The notes below the pieces were generated by a model, which was not told the DNA's origin, did not search any database, and saw only the letters and a list, made by a program, of their open reading frames with translations. Source: Armatimonadetes bacterium UBA1398 (GTDB taxonomy: Bacteria; Armatimonadota; Zipacnadia; UBA1398). From it: a stretch of DNA of 64,000 nucleotides. Shown one piece after another: positions 35,538 to 45,828 of this stretch. The DNA is taken from assembly GCA_002305165.1 (NCBI GenBank), contig DBQI01000026.1, positions 5,398 to 69,397 of the forward strand, read 5' to 3'. Position 1 is the stretch's first letter. Every line of letters begins with the position of its first letter. The position numbers were made by a program, and so were the translations under genes.

Positions 35538-36377
35538 ATGCCCGCAGCACTCGTTTCGAGCGTCTCAAGCGAGGAACTGGCCCAGTTCTGCCGCGAGTTC
35601 GCAGTGATGCTGGCCTCGGACGTCAAGCTCATGCCTGCTGTTGTGACGCTCAGGCAGCAGACCGAGAACCCGTACTTCCGCGAGGTGCTGCTGGAGGCTC
35701 AGGGTGACCTGGAGAACGGCCAAACGCTTGCGGCGGCCTTCTCGCGGCATCCCGACGTGTTCTCTCCCTTCCTGATCCAGCTCGTGCGGCAGGGCGAACT
35801 TGAGGGTGCGCTGCCCGAGGTGTTCCGCAAGCTCGCGGAGCACTACTCGGGGGGGATGGACAACGAGGCATTCGGCGCCGGCAATCCAGTGGTTGTGAAC
35901 CTCGACATCAGCACCATTGTCGAGGTTCTGCGACCGCTTCTGGTCATGCTGCCCACGGCCCTCGCCTTCGTGGGCTTCGCAATCGCAGGGATCTGGGTGG
36001 CGATGGAGAAGAACTGGCTCCCGAGCGAGCAGGCCGGGCCGACGATCCTAGCCACTGCCGCCCTATCCTTCCTCCTGGTCGGGGCCGCCTTCAGCCGGTT
36101 CCGCCCCCGTCGGGTGTCTACGTGCGCCTTCTGCGGCAAACTGGATACCCAGGTCGACGAGATCGTCACATCCAGGGGGGTCTCTATCTGCAACGAGTGC
36201 GTCGAGACGATGGTGCAGCAGATGCGCCGTAGCAAGGACGTGGTTGCGCCCCCGCCTCCGCCCGCGGCCGCGCCACCGCCGCCGAGCGAGAAGCCCGAGA
36301 GGACTCTGAGACCCGATGTCGCGTATCTGTTGCGCGACCCGGCCGAGCCGGTGGACCTGGATCAGGAGTTCGAGTAA
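35538..36377 (+). CDS. Single T2SS-F/PilC cytoplasmic domain, two TM helices, ClpX-type C4 zinc finger
   Basis: FCREFAVMLAS..DLENGQTLAAAFSRHPDVFSPFLIQLVRQGELEGALPEVFRKLAEHY; CAFCGK..ICNECV; RBS GGAGG. Confidence 0.8.
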   Translation: MPAALVSSVSSEELAQFCREFAVMLASDVKLMPAVVTLRQQTENPYFREVLLEAQGDLENGQTLAAAFSRHPDVFSPFLIQLVRQGELEGALPEVFRKLAEHYSGGMDNEAFGAGNPVVVNLDISTIVEVLRPLLVMLPTALAFVGFAIAGIWVAMEKNWLPSEQAGPTILATAALSFLLVGAAFSRFRPRRVSTCAFCGKLDTQVDEIVTSRGVSICNECVETMVQQMRRSKDVVAPPPPPAAAPPPPSEKPERTLRPDVAYLLRDPAEPVDLDQEFE

Positions 36378-36389
36378 CGCTTTGAACGC

Positions 36390-38180
36390 TTACTCCTCTT
36401 TGAGAAGTCCGTGGTAGCGGGCCATCCAGTAGGGGAGCAGGTACGCGGCGCCGTCATCCTCGGCGTACCCACCGCCGCCCCGCCTGAGTTGATACGGGTT
36501 CCCGTTCCACTTGAGCATGCCGTTCTCGCTGTACGGCAGCACCGGTATGCCTTCCACGTTGCCTCCGCGGTCAGATGTAGATGAAACTGCCACATCGTGG
36601 CGATCGCTGTTGTCCACGTCGTACTGAATGCGGTCAGTTGGCATCTCGCAAAGCGTACGGACGGCGTCTGAGATCCCTTGGTCGCGACCCAGGGCCAGGC
36701 TGCCGATGAGGTTCCAGAGGGGGTTCCTCTCAGGCCGCTCCTCCGCCATGGTCCGCTCCATACTGAGCCGGTAGACCGCGAGCAGGTCGGGGTCGCGCTC
36801 GTAGAGGAACAGAGGGTAGTAGGCCAGGAACGAGAGTTCGTCGTCGGAGTGGTTCACCTCCGCAGGCATGCGGATCTTCTGGTCGATGGTATTCAGGGCG
36901 AACTGATGGTCACGGCAGAGGCTCTCGTAGGCTTGCTGGTAGCGATCCACGCCGGTCATCGCGTGGGCGACGCGGAGGAAACTGAGCATGCTGAGACTGT
37001 TGAGACCGCGTTCCAGGATCCATTCACTGGTTTCGTTCAACAGATGGGGGGTGAAGACCGCCCAGCGCGTCTGCTCACCATCCGTGTCGATGAGGCGGAA
37101 GTCGTTGTCCAGCAGGTGGTCTGTCACGCGCCGAATCGTGTCACGAATCAGCGCACGCTCAGCCTCATCGGCCACAAGCTCGTAGTAAACGGGAAGCGCG
37201 AAGTAGTGGCCGTTCAGCTCGTCTGAGCTCGTGTCACCCTTCCAGAACCACTTGCCACAGGGACTGGGGTGCCATTCGCCCTCGGAGCGAACGACCTCCG
37301 GCTCATCCACATGGACCACCGCCCGCGCGGGGAAGCCTGGGATACCGGTGACTTGCTCCAGGCGTACCAGAGCCTCCATGGACTCTCTCGCGCGGTCACG
37401 GGCGGCTGACTCCCCGGTACAGGCGTACCGGAAGCACTCCGCCGCCAGATAGATCGCGGTCCAGAGCCCGTCGTTGTCGGACGCGACGTAGGTCCACTCC
37501 GATGTGTCGCCCGGCCGCGTCAGGTTGCAGTCACTCACATAGCCGTGCCGCCGATGGCGCTCATCGATCGCGGCCTCGATGGCTTCCGCCTTGGCCGCCA
37601 GCGTCGTCTCCACGGCCCGTATGCCCCCTACGGACCCGTCGGCACAGAGCACCGCCACGGTGGCCTCATCGATGGCGACCAGGTCGACGACGTCGTCGCT
37701 CGGGAGCCATCGCTGGCCACGGAACAGGCTCCACTGGCCGCCACGGAGGCGAACCAGCCCCCGAGCCGTCGCGAACCAACGATCGCCGTTGGGCGCCAGA
37801 AGGATCCGGCGCACATCGATCGACGGCATGCCGGCATCGGCGCCGAGATGGACCCAGCCCGCGGGCGGAGTGTGCAGGCACACGCCACGGTCGGAGGCGA
37901 TCCAGAGGGTCCCCTGGGCATCCTGCATGACGTCCCTGATCTGGCGGCCGGCCAGGGGGCTATTCGCGTGAGTCAGGAGGGCCACAGCGTTACCAGTCTG
38001 CCGGACCAGAGCCGCGCCGTCCTCGGAGATGCTCCACGCGGTCCCCGCCCGGTCTAGCAGGGGCCAGTCCCTCCGGCTGCAGACGTGGACGCCTGCAAGC
38101 TCATCCGACCTGAGCTTCTCATCCATGGAGAACGCCGGCACCGAGATGCTCGGTAGTTTGGCGCGGGTCGGCCAGATCAT
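36390..38180 (-). CDS. Protein with two-component-regulator-type propeller repeats and a predicted alpha/alpha glycosidase-like domain
   Basis: LWIASDRG, RWFATARGL, WLPSDDV repeats; SDNDGLWT, WKGDTSSDE, YLLPYWMARY; ATG 38180 after AGGAG. Confidence 0.65.
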   Translation of the reverse strand: MIWPTRAKLPSISVPAFSMDEKLRSDELAGVHVCSRRDWPLLDRAGTAWSISEDGAALVRQTGNAVALLTHANSPLAGRQIRDVMQDAQGTLWIASDRGVCLHTPPAGWVHLGADAGMPSIDVRRILLAPNGDRWFATARGLVRLRGGQWSLFRGQRWLPSDDVVDLVAIDEATVAVLCADGSVGGIRAVETTLAAKAEAIEAAIDERHRRHGYVSDCNLTRPGDTSEWTYVASDNDGLWTAIYLAAECFRYACTGESAARDRARESMEALVRLEQVTGIPGFPARAVVHVDEPEVVRSEGEWHPSPCGKWFWKGDTSSDELNGHYFALPVYYELVADEAERALIRDTIRRVTDHLLDNDFRLIDTDGEQTRWAVFTPHLLNETSEWILERGLNSLSMLSFLRVAHAMTGVDRYQQAYESLCRDHQFALNTIDQKIRMPAEVNHSDDELSFLAYYPLFLYERDPDLLAVYRLSMERTMAEERPERNPLWNLIGSLALGRDQGISDAVRTLCEMPTDRIQYDVDNSDRHDVAVSSTSDRGGNVEGIPVLPYSENGMLKWNGNPYQLRRGGGGYAEDDGAAYLLPYWMARYHGLLKEE

Positions 38181-38371
38181 GTCATCAGCTCCTTTGGGCT
38201 GAGATCGGTTTCCCTCGGGGCCGTGGGGAGACCTCCGGGACAGCTTCTCTGCGGCGCGATCACGTGATTCGGGCAGAGGAAGGCGTGGGTTGCAGGGGGA
38301 ACCCACGTCTTCATGGTCGAGGCGGGGCGATTCCGCACCTCGGATCCATCCAGGAAAGAGAGCGGTGACAG

Positions 38372-39211
38372 ATGGCGCGACACCCCTCGGACAAGAAGGT
38401 CAGACGTGCGATCGAACGCCACAACGAGAGGGTGGCGGAGGCTGCGGCAGAGAGATTCGCTGAACTCCCTCGCGGCGAACTGGCGCATCACGCTAGCTCC
38501 CTGCTGGCGCCCTTGGGGTGGGTTGAGACGCACGAGACCGCCGCAGTGTCTGACGGCCTGTCGATGCGAGGGCGGGTGACCATAGGGGTCACCTCTCTTC
38601 CGGCGGCCGCCCTTATTCTGACGACTGGGGCAGAGCTGACCGGCGCGCGGCTCGATGCTTTCCTGGCGACCGTTGCCCCCGAAGTACATCTGGCGCACGT
38701 ACTCTGCCTCGGGTCCATCTCCCACCCGGCCCGGGAGGCAGCGACAGCGTCGTGGCCGCTGGTGCTCATCCACGACCGCTCAAGCATCCTCCGGCTGATG
38801 CTGGAGGCTCGGACTCTGATGCACGAGGTGGCGATGCCGCAAGCGCTTGCGCTACAAGAGGCCAAGAAGCCTGCCGTCCGACCTCGCACCACCAGTAGTG
38901 GGCGTGCGGACCGTCGCGGACGCGCGGCCCGCCTGTTCCGCTGGCGTATGGAGCCTCGCGAGGGCAACCGCTATGCCCTGCACGGTGACTACATACCGGA
39001 CCCGAGCCAGAGTTTCATGATCGAACGCGAGCTAGTACCGCCCGACGGCGACTTCGTCCCGGCACGACGCGAGCTGCACCAGGCTGTGTGCAGGTGCCTA
39101 TCGACGATCTTCCCCGAGCTTCCGGCGAGCCGGATCCGCACCAAAGCGTGGGCCGGAGTGCACAAGGTCTACCGAGCCAAGACCTACGGCCGCCAGCAGG
39201 TCAAGGACTAG
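38372..39211 (+). CDS. Hypothetical protein with degenerate Mrr-like restriction-endonuclease fold and unknown basic C-terminal domain
   Basis: Pattern LL..LGW..DG...RG..IG..LPAAAL..LGSISHPAREAA..LVLIHD..ILRLMLE parallels Mrr_cat; fills the intergenic gap exactly. Confidence 0.5.
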   Translation: MARHPSDKKVRRAIERHNERVAEAAAERFAELPRGELAHHASSLLAPLGWVETHETAAVSDGLSMRGRVTIGVTSLPAAALILTTGAELTGARLDAFLATVAPEVHLAHVLCLGSISHPAREAATASWPLVLIHDRSSILRLMLEARTLMHEVAMPQALALQEAKKPAVRPRTTSSGRADRRGRAARLFRWRMEPREGNRYALHGDYIPDPSQSFMIERELVPPDGDFVPARRELHQAVCRCLSTIFPELPASRIRTKAWAGVHKVYRAKTYGRQQVKD

Positions 39212-41454
39212 CCGCGCACCACCGCGGAGACGGCGACCTCGGGCCCGATACCCTCGGGCACCTGCCATACCAATGGTTCGCCCTGGCCCGTGACCGCCTC
39301 TTGGCGCAGCGACTGACCCGTGACGGGGTCGAACCATAGCAGGTCGCAGGGACGATCGCAGAACCCGGCGACACCCAGGCGGCTGCCGTTACGCGTGTAT
39401 GCCGCGCAGCGAACGCCTGGCTCAGCCAGAACCCACTCCGCGTCAGCCAGGGCCAGCTCATCGTGGGGCGACATGCCACTGAACTGAGCGGCTTCCATGA
39501 ACTCGATGATGCGTCCGCAGTCCTGCATATCGGAAACGGCAGTACCCGCGATATCCATCGAGAGGATCATCACGTGCGCCCCCGCCATGGCGCAGGCCCA
39601 ACTCATGTGGCGGGCGTGCTCGCCGGTCCCATGGCCACTGCATTCGGACATGTTGAGACCGTAGCGACCTCGGGCGCGTCGCCATGCCTCTACCATCCCG
39701 GAGTGCAGATCCTCCGGCGTCGGCACGTTGTACTGAACCGCGAACTGGTCGATGTTGGGGTCATCCGCGTAGGGAGTGAAGTCGATACCGTGGTTGAGGT
39801 GAACCGCCACGGGATGGCCCGAGCGATCCCATCGCTTGATCTCGGCCGCGACGCGGCGGATTCGTTCCGGGCTCAGTGCCTCTTCGGCCTCCTCGGCCAC
39901 GCACCAGACCAAGTGGTGATGATGCTGAAAACGCTCAACCACGCCTCGGATGTAGGCTAGCTCCTGCTCTCCGACCTCGTCACCTGTGTCCCATATCCGA
40001 ACGCCGTCGTCGTACAGGAAGAAGTAGATCACGATCCCAGCATCATCCATGGCCTGGAACCAGGTATGCCACTGGTCCAAGACGGCCTCGTTCAGTGGCA
40101 TAGAGGGATCGTGATCGACGAAGGGGTTGTGGGTTGCCTCACCATCCCCGCCGTGGCTGCGAATCCCCATGAGGTAGATGCAGTTCGCCCCGGTCGCCGC
40201 CAGGGTGTTGATGAGTTCCATCTGGTCACCGTCGCGCGTGCCGTCGGGCCGCAGATCGCCGCGATAGAGGAACCCTTCAGGGTCGCCCGGACCGCACATG
40301 AAGAGCGGCTCTCCGTTGGGGTGCCGAAGCCACAGAGGGGGCTGAGCCACCGCAGTGTCAGACGCGGACACATCGGCTGCGGCAGCAAGCAGCGCGAGGG
40401 CCTGGTTCTCCTCCTCCGGAGTGTCGATGGCGGCGTCATTCCAGCTGACGACCATGTCGAGGCCGGGGAGTACTACCATGGCGCGCGGCCCACCGTGGCC
40501 GAAGGCGCCGAAAGCGTCCCTTGGAGCGTCGGGCCAGTGACGTCGACCGTCGCGGTCCACCCCGTTGATCCACCAGAGCCAGCTGTAGCTTCCCAGGTGG
40601 TCGCACTGGTTGTCTGGGATCTGCCGTGAGCCGTGGGACCGCTGCCCCTCGATCATCTCCGCCTCGGCCCCGGTCGACTGGGGTACCTCGGGCGGCACGG
40701 GTTCCGCACGCACCATCAGCGCGTGCTCGCGCGAGATCACCTGGTGGTCTCTCCAGAGGCCCTCGCGAAGGTACAAGAGGCCGAAGCGCGCGAAGTCCCG
40801 GGGGGAGATCGCCAGGCGACCGGGGCGGTCCTCGGGACCAAAGGCGAGTAGGGTAGGGGAGTCCTGACACTGCAGCACGTCCGTGAGCAGCGGCTGCAGC
40901 ACGGCCTGGTCTACGCTGTCCAGGCCGACGCCGTAGGCCCCATTGAAGAGCGTGTCCACGAGGAGCGCCATGTGGTAGTCGTTGTAGTTGAAGGCCTCTC
41001 CCGGCCTCTCGGCCACGCCGTAGCAGGAGGTCTGGTGGGCCATATGGCGCCAAGTGATCTCCCGGTCCTTATGCCCGAGGTCACTGTTGAGAGCCGCCAG
41101 GCGAGGCTCCAATGCCTGGACCGGGGCATCGAAGCTCTCGATAAGCCCCTGCTCCACGGCGTTGATGATGAAGTGCGCGTAGACGGGCTTGGCGGCTGAG
41201 GCTACATCGCCTCGGCGGGAGATGTCGCCCCACGCGTACGCCATCCGCCCGTGCCTGACGACGCACCCACGCCCCCCCACAAGCTCCGCGAACTGCCGGA
41301 GGAGGTCCGCATCCAGGCCGACCTCATGTGGCGCCACGATGCTCCATTCTTCAGCAGGGTAGGCTGGCTGGCGCCCATCGCCTTCCTGCTGGCCTTGGAT
41401 CATCGCACCCGCGCATAGAACACACACAACAAGGCGCCACATCTGCTCAATCAT
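39208..41454 (-). CDS. Secreted fusion: beta-lactamase-family serine hydrolase plus glycoside-hydrolase-like TIM barrel
   Basis: ASAAK (SxxK), [32 protein letters not shown]; then GPGDPE, WCVAEE, HPVAVH, NMSE, WFDPVTG. Confidence 0.7.
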   Translation of the reverse strand: MIEQMWRLVVCVLCAGAMIQGQQEGDGRQPAYPAEEWSIVAPHEVGLDADLLRQFAELVGGRGCVVRHGRMAYAWGDISRRGDVASAAKPVYAHFIINAVEQGLIESFDAPVQALEPRLAALNSDLGHKDREITWRHMAHQTSCYGVAERPGEAFNYNDYHMALLVDTLFNGAYGVGLDSVDQAVLQPLLTDVLQCQDSPTLLAFGPEDRPGRLAISPRDFARFGLLYLREGLWRDHQVISREHALMVRAEPVPPEVPQSTGAEAEMIEGQRSHGSRQIPDNQCDHLGSYSWLWWINGVDRDGRRHWPDAPRDAFGAFGHGGPRAMVVLPGLDMVVSWNDAAIDTPEEENQALALLAAAADVSASDTAVAQPPLWLRHPNGEPLFMCGPGDPEGFLYRGDLRPDGTRDGDQMELINTLAATGANCIYLMGIRSHGGDGEATHNPFVDHDPSMPLNEAVLDQWHTWFQAMDDAGIVIYFFLYDDGVRIWDTGDEVGEQELAYIRGVVERFQHHHHLVWCVAEEAEEALSPERIRRVAAEIKRWDRSGHPVAVHLNHGIDFTPYADDPNIDQFAVQYNVPTPEDLHSGMVEAWRRARGRYGLNMSECSGHGTGEHARHMSWACAMAGAHVMILSMDIAGTAVSDMQDCGRIIEFMEAAQFSGMSPHDELALADAEWVLAEPGVRCAAYTRNGSRLGVAGFCDRPCDLLWFDPVTGQSLRQEAVTGQGEPLVWQVPEGIGPEVAVSAVVRG

Positions 41455-41642
41455 CCTTTCGCTGTACCACCGGCCCGAGACTGGACATACCAGGCTTGAG
41501 ACACGCAGCCGATTCGTTTGTGGCGGCCATCGGAGGTGAGAATTCAGTGTTCGCGCCGATCGCGGCGCTCCCTTGGCCTGGCGGGTCTATGCGTATGATA
41601 CAATGTCGCGGACCCAAACGCCCTGACAAGAGGGGACCGCCC

Positions 41643-42656
41643 ATGGACGCTGTTACCGCACGGATTGTGGAGCTCGCCAAAGCGCTACACAGGCGCATCG
41701 TGCTGCCCGAGGGACTGGACGAGCGCACCCTGGAGGCCGCGCAGTTGCTGACTCAGCGGGGTATCGGAGAGGCCGTGCTGTTGGGGCCCCCCGACGCGAT
41801 CGCGAGCCTGGCGAAGGAGCGCGGCGTTGACCTTAGCGGTATCGACGTCATCGATCCCGCCGTCTCGCCCGATGCTGAGCGCTACGCGGTGCAGCTCTAC
41901 GAGCGTCGCAAGGCCAAGGGCATGACCATGGAGCAGGCGGTGGAGACTGTTCGGAAGGACGCTCTCTACTTCGGAGCGTGCATGCTCTCCACGGGGGACG
42001 TGGATGTCAACGTCGCCGGCGCAGTAAACGCAACGAGCGACGTCGTGCGGGCCCTTATCTTCTGCTGTGGGACGGCGCCCGGTCTAAAGACGGTCTCGAG
42101 CAACTTCATCATGGTCAGCCCACACACGGAGTTCGGCGAGCAGGGCGGGCTGCTCTTCGCTGATGCTGGCGTAGTGCCCAACCCCACCGCTGAACAACTG
42201 GCGGATATCGCTATCACGACTGCGGACAACGCCCCCCTCTATCTTGGCGCCGAGGCGCGTGTCGCCATGCTGAGCTTCTCCACGAAGGGGAGCGCCAGCC
42301 ATCCTGACATTGACAAGGTACTCGCCGCGCTGGCTATGGTGCGTGAGCGTCGCCCGGACATCCTGATTGACGGTGAGCTGCAGGGCGACGCCGCTCTCGT
42401 GCCGTCTGTGGGCGAGCGTAAGGCCCCGGGCTCACCCGTTGCCGGGCACGCCAACGTTCTCGTCTTCCCCGACCTCGACGCGGGCAACATCGCCTACAAG
42501 CTGGTGCAGAGACTGGGCAAGGCCGAAGCATACGGCCCGCTCGTGCAGGGGCTTGCCTATCCCGGCTTCGATCTGTCTCGGGGTGCGACGACCGAGGACA
42601 TCATTAGGGTCTGCGCCTGCGGCGCGCTCAACGCGAAGCCCAAGGACTCCGTCTAG
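41643..42656 (+). CDS. pta: Phosphate acetyltransferase
   Basis: [57 protein letters not shown]; start trimmed to ATG 41643. Confidence 0.95.
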   Translation: MDAVTARIVELAKALHRRIVLPEGLDERTLEAAQLLTQRGIGEAVLLGPPDAIASLAKERGVDLSGIDVIDPAVSPDAERYAVQLYERRKAKGMTMEQAVETVRKDALYFGACMLSTGDVDVNVAGAVNATSDVVRALIFCCGTAPGLKTVSSNFIMVSPHTEFGEQGGLLFADAGVVPNPTAEQLADIAITTADNAPLYLGAEARVAMLSFSTKGSASHPDIDKVLAALAMVRERRPDILIDGELQGDAALVPSVGERKAPGSPVAGHANVLVFPDLDAGNIAYKLVQRLGKAEAYGPLVQGLAYPGFDLSRGATTEDIIRVCACGALNAKPKDSV

Positions 42657-44188
42657 GGCGGCGGCAGCAGCGACTGCCCGATCGCGTCCGCCGCGTTGAG
42701 GATGACGGCGGGCAAGAGAGCCAACCCTAGGACTCCGATCCCCGCCGCAGCCATCACCCAACTGCCGCTCTGGGTCGGTATCCAGGTCTCCCCGCTCTCT
42801 CCCGCCTCGGGCTCCCACATGTAGCTGTAGGCCACCGGCCGGAGGTAGTAGTAGGCCGAGATGGCGCTATTGATCGCGGCTATGATCACGATAGCCCATA
42901 CCCAGCCCGCCCCGCTGCTGAGGGCCGCTGAAAACACACTCAGCTTGCCCCAGAAGCCGGCGGTAATGGGAATTCCTGTCAGGGAGATCATGAACAGCGT
43001 CAGGCCGGCTGCAGCGAAGGGTCGATGGACGTGCAGGCCCTTCAGGCGATCGAGGTCGACGTCTCCGAGGTCGCTGGGGCCCAGCTGCGAGATGGCCGCG
43101 AATGCGCCGAGGTTCATGAAGGAGTAGGACAAGCCGTAGAAGACGATGGCGACGGACGCCGCGGCCCAGTCGTCGGAGCCCTTCGCATACAGGACGCCAG
43201 CGCCGATGACCGCCAGCAGCATGTACCCCGCATGGGCGATGCCCGAGTAGGCGAGCATGCGCTTGCCCTGTGGCTGGAGCAGCGCGCCCAGGTTGCCAAC
43301 CGTCATCGTAAGGACCGCCACAACCCCGAGCACCGGCGCCCACCACTCCGCCAGTCCGCCGAACCCGACCAGCAGCACCCGGTAGAGCAGGCCGACCGTG
43401 GCGACCTTCGGCCCAACTGAGAAGAACGTCGTAACCGGCGTGGGGGCGCCCTGGTAGACGTCGGGGCACCACATGTGGAAGGGGACCAGGGCCGCTTTGA
43501 AGCCGAGGCCAACGATGATCAGCCCCAGGCCGACGAGCGCCGTTACCGACGTGAAGGGGCTCTCGGCCAGAGCGGCCCCCGCCGCGAGGCGACCATCGGC
43601 CATGGCGATGATGTTCGTTGTGCCTAGAGCGGCGTAGGACAGGGCGATCCCGAACACCAGGATCGCGCTCGAGACGCTACCGATCATGAGGTACTTGAGG
43701 CCCGCCTCGTTTGAGAGCCGGTCGCGACGGGAGTAAGCGGCCATGATGTACAGCGGCACCGATAGCAGCTCGACGCCGAAGAAGCCCACGACGAGATCCT
43801 GGGCTCCGGCCATCACGGCCATGCCGGCCGTAGCCAGGGCCATCAGGCCGCAGAACTCGCCGGCGCCATGCTTCAGAGACTGCAGGTAGCGTAATGACAG
43901 CAGGATCGACAGCAGGCCAGCGACGGCGCACGGGAGCACGAGCCCGTAGGTGAGGTCATCGAGCACATAGCCGGAGGCGAAGCCCTCGGCCCGTTCGCCC
44001 CGCCCAAGGGATATCGCGCAAACCGTTCCGGTCAGGATGAACCCCACCGCTGAGATCCATGCCGACATCCCCGTGCCTTGGCGGAACAGGCTGCCGACGA
44101 GCAAGGAAGCAAGGCCGAAGAGGACCATGATCAGGATGAGCAGCACGGCTCCGAGGTCTGAAGGTTGTACGATCTCGAAGCCGCTCAT
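42653..44188 (-). CDS. nuoN: NADH-quinone oxidoreductase subunit N
   Basis: [53 protein letters not shown]. Confidence 0.95.
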   Translation of the reverse strand: MSGFEIVQPSDLGAVLLILIMVLFGLASLLVGSLFRQGTGMSAWISAVGFILTGTVCAISLGRGERAEGFASGYVLDDLTYGLVLPCAVAGLLSILLSLRYLQSLKHGAGEFCGLMALATAGMAVMAGAQDLVVGFFGVELLSVPLYIMAAYSRRDRLSNEAGLKYLMIGSVSSAILVFGIALSYAALGTTNIIAMADGRLAAGAALAESPFTSVTALVGLGLIIVGLGFKAALVPFHMWCPDVYQGAPTPVTTFFSVGPKVATVGLLYRVLLVGFGGLAEWWAPVLGVVAVLTMTVGNLGALLQPQGKRMLAYSGIAHAGYMLLAVIGAGVLYAKGSDDWAAASVAIVFYGLSYSFMNLGAFAAISQLGPSDLGDVDLDRLKGLHVHRPFAAAGLTLFMISLTGIPITAGFWGKLSVFSAALSSGAGWVWAIVIIAAINSAISAYYYLRPVAYSYMWEPEAGESGETWIPTQSGSWVMAAAGIGVLGLALLPAVILNAADAIGQSLLPPP

Positions 44189-45798
44189 TGCTCATCGTCC
44201 TCCGAAAAAACCGCAGGCAGTTCGGTTCCGCCAAGAGGCGCCACATCCGGGGCCAGGTCGGCGAAGGGCTTAGTCCGCGGTACGTTACCCCGGCTGACCT
44301 CAAAGCGGTTGACTACCGCCACGGCGGCTGGCTTGATGCTCCGAAGTACCGGGGCCGGGTAGACTCCAAGCCAGACGATGCCCGCCAGGAGCATGACGGC
44401 GGCCGTCGCCTCGATCGTGTTGATGTCCTTCATCGGGCCATCCCTGTGAGGTTTGGGCTCGCCGTAGAAGACGCGTTTGTACATCCAGAGCAGGTAGCAT
44501 GCGGAGATGATCACGCCGAGGCATCCCAGGATGGCCCACAGCTGCGCCTGGACCCAGGCCGAAGTGAACGTGCCCATGAGGGTCAGCAACTCACCTACGA
44601 AGCCGTTCAGACCCGGCAGGCCGATGGAGGAAAGGGCCACCACGAGGAAGATCCGGGAGTAGACGGGCACCTCCTCCCACAGACCGCCGTAGTCCGCGAT
44701 CATCCGGCTGTGCCGGCGCTCGTAGATCATCCCCACGAGCAGGAAGAGCGCGCCTGTGGATAGGCCGTGGTTGACCATCTGGAGCACGGCGCCCTGGATG
44801 CCCATGGGGTTGAGGGCGAAGAGGCCCAGCATCACGAAGCCTAGGTGAGAGACGCTTGAGTAGGCGATGAGCCGCTTCATGTCCGTCTGCCACATCGCCG
44901 CAGCGCCGCCGTAGATGATGCCGATCACCGCGAGCCACATCAGGACCGGCCCGAAGACCTCCGTGCCCACAGGGAAGAAGCCGATGCAGAGGCGCAGGAA
45001 ACCGTAGGCGCCCATCTTCAGGAGGACGCCGGCGAGGATGATGCTTCCCGACGTCGGCGCCTCCACGTGAGCATCGGGCAGCCATGTGTGGAAGGGGAAG
45101 AGCGGCACCTTGATGGCGAACCCCAGGCCGAACAACACGAACAGCGTGAGCTGGAGTGACCCGTCTAGCTGGGGCGCCCTCGCGAGCAGTTCAGGGATCG
45201 AGAACGTGCGGTCGGGCTCGGGCAGGGCGAAGTACAGAATGATGATGCCGGCGAGCATCAGGACTCCACCGACGAAGGTGTAAAGGAAGAACTTGATCGC
45301 CGCGTAGAGGCGTCGCGCGCCACCCCAGACACCGATGATGAGGTACATCGGTATCAGCATCGCCTCCCAGAAGACGTAGAAGAGCACGAGATCGATGGCG
45401 GCGAAGACCCCGAGCATCGCCGTCTCGAGCAGCAGGAGGCAGATGAAGAAGGCTGAATCGTGCTTGGTGATACTTGTCCAGGAGCCGAGAACGGCGATCA
45501 CCGAGAGGAATGTGGTCAGGAGGAACAGCCATAGGCTGATGCCATCCAGAGCGACGTGGAAGTTGATACCCAGGGCTGGGACCCACGGCACCTTGGGGTC
45601 CTCGAGTTGGTAGTCGGGAGAGGCCCCATTGAACCCTATGGCGAGAGCCACCGAGAGCACCGCGGTGAGGATGGTGAACGCTAGGCTGATAACCCGAGCG
45701 CCCTGGCCGCCGGACCTGCGAAGGACCGTGAGGAGCGCCGCTCCCACAGTCGGCAGGAAGATCGTGATGGTCAACCATGGCATGTGCTCGAGTCCCAT
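44185..45798 (-). CDS. nuoM: NADH-quinone oxidoreductase subunit M
   Basis: FYVFWE, IKVPLFPFHTWLPDAHVEAP, LKMGAYG, AYSSVSH, GLPGLNGFVGE. Confidence 0.97.
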   Translation of the reverse strand: MGLEHMPWLTITIFLPTVGAALLTVLRRSGGQGARVISLAFTILTAVLSVALAIGFNGASPDYQLEDPKVPWVPALGINFHVALDGISLWLFLLTTFLSVIAVLGSWTSITKHDSAFFICLLLLETAMLGVFAAIDLVLFYVFWEAMLIPMYLIIGVWGGARRLYAAIKFFLYTFVGGVLMLAGIIILYFALPEPDRTFSIPELLARAPQLDGSLQLTLFVLFGLGFAIKVPLFPFHTWLPDAHVEAPTSGSIILAGVLLKMGAYGFLRLCIGFFPVGTEVFGPVLMWLAVIGIIYGGAAAMWQTDMKRLIAYSSVSHLGFVMLGLFALNPMGIQGAVLQMVNHGLSTGALFLLVGMIYERRHSRMIADYGGLWEEVPVYSRIFLVVALSSIGLPGLNGFVGELLTLMGTFTSAWVQAQLWAILGCLGVIISACYLLWMYKRVFYGEPKPHRDGPMKDINTIEATAAVMLLAGIVWLGVYPAPVLRSIKPAAVAVVNRFEVSRGNVPRTKPFADLAPDVAPLGGTELPAVFSEDDEQ

Positions 45799-45828
45799 GG
45801 CGTGCTGTATATCCCCCGATTCTCTCTG

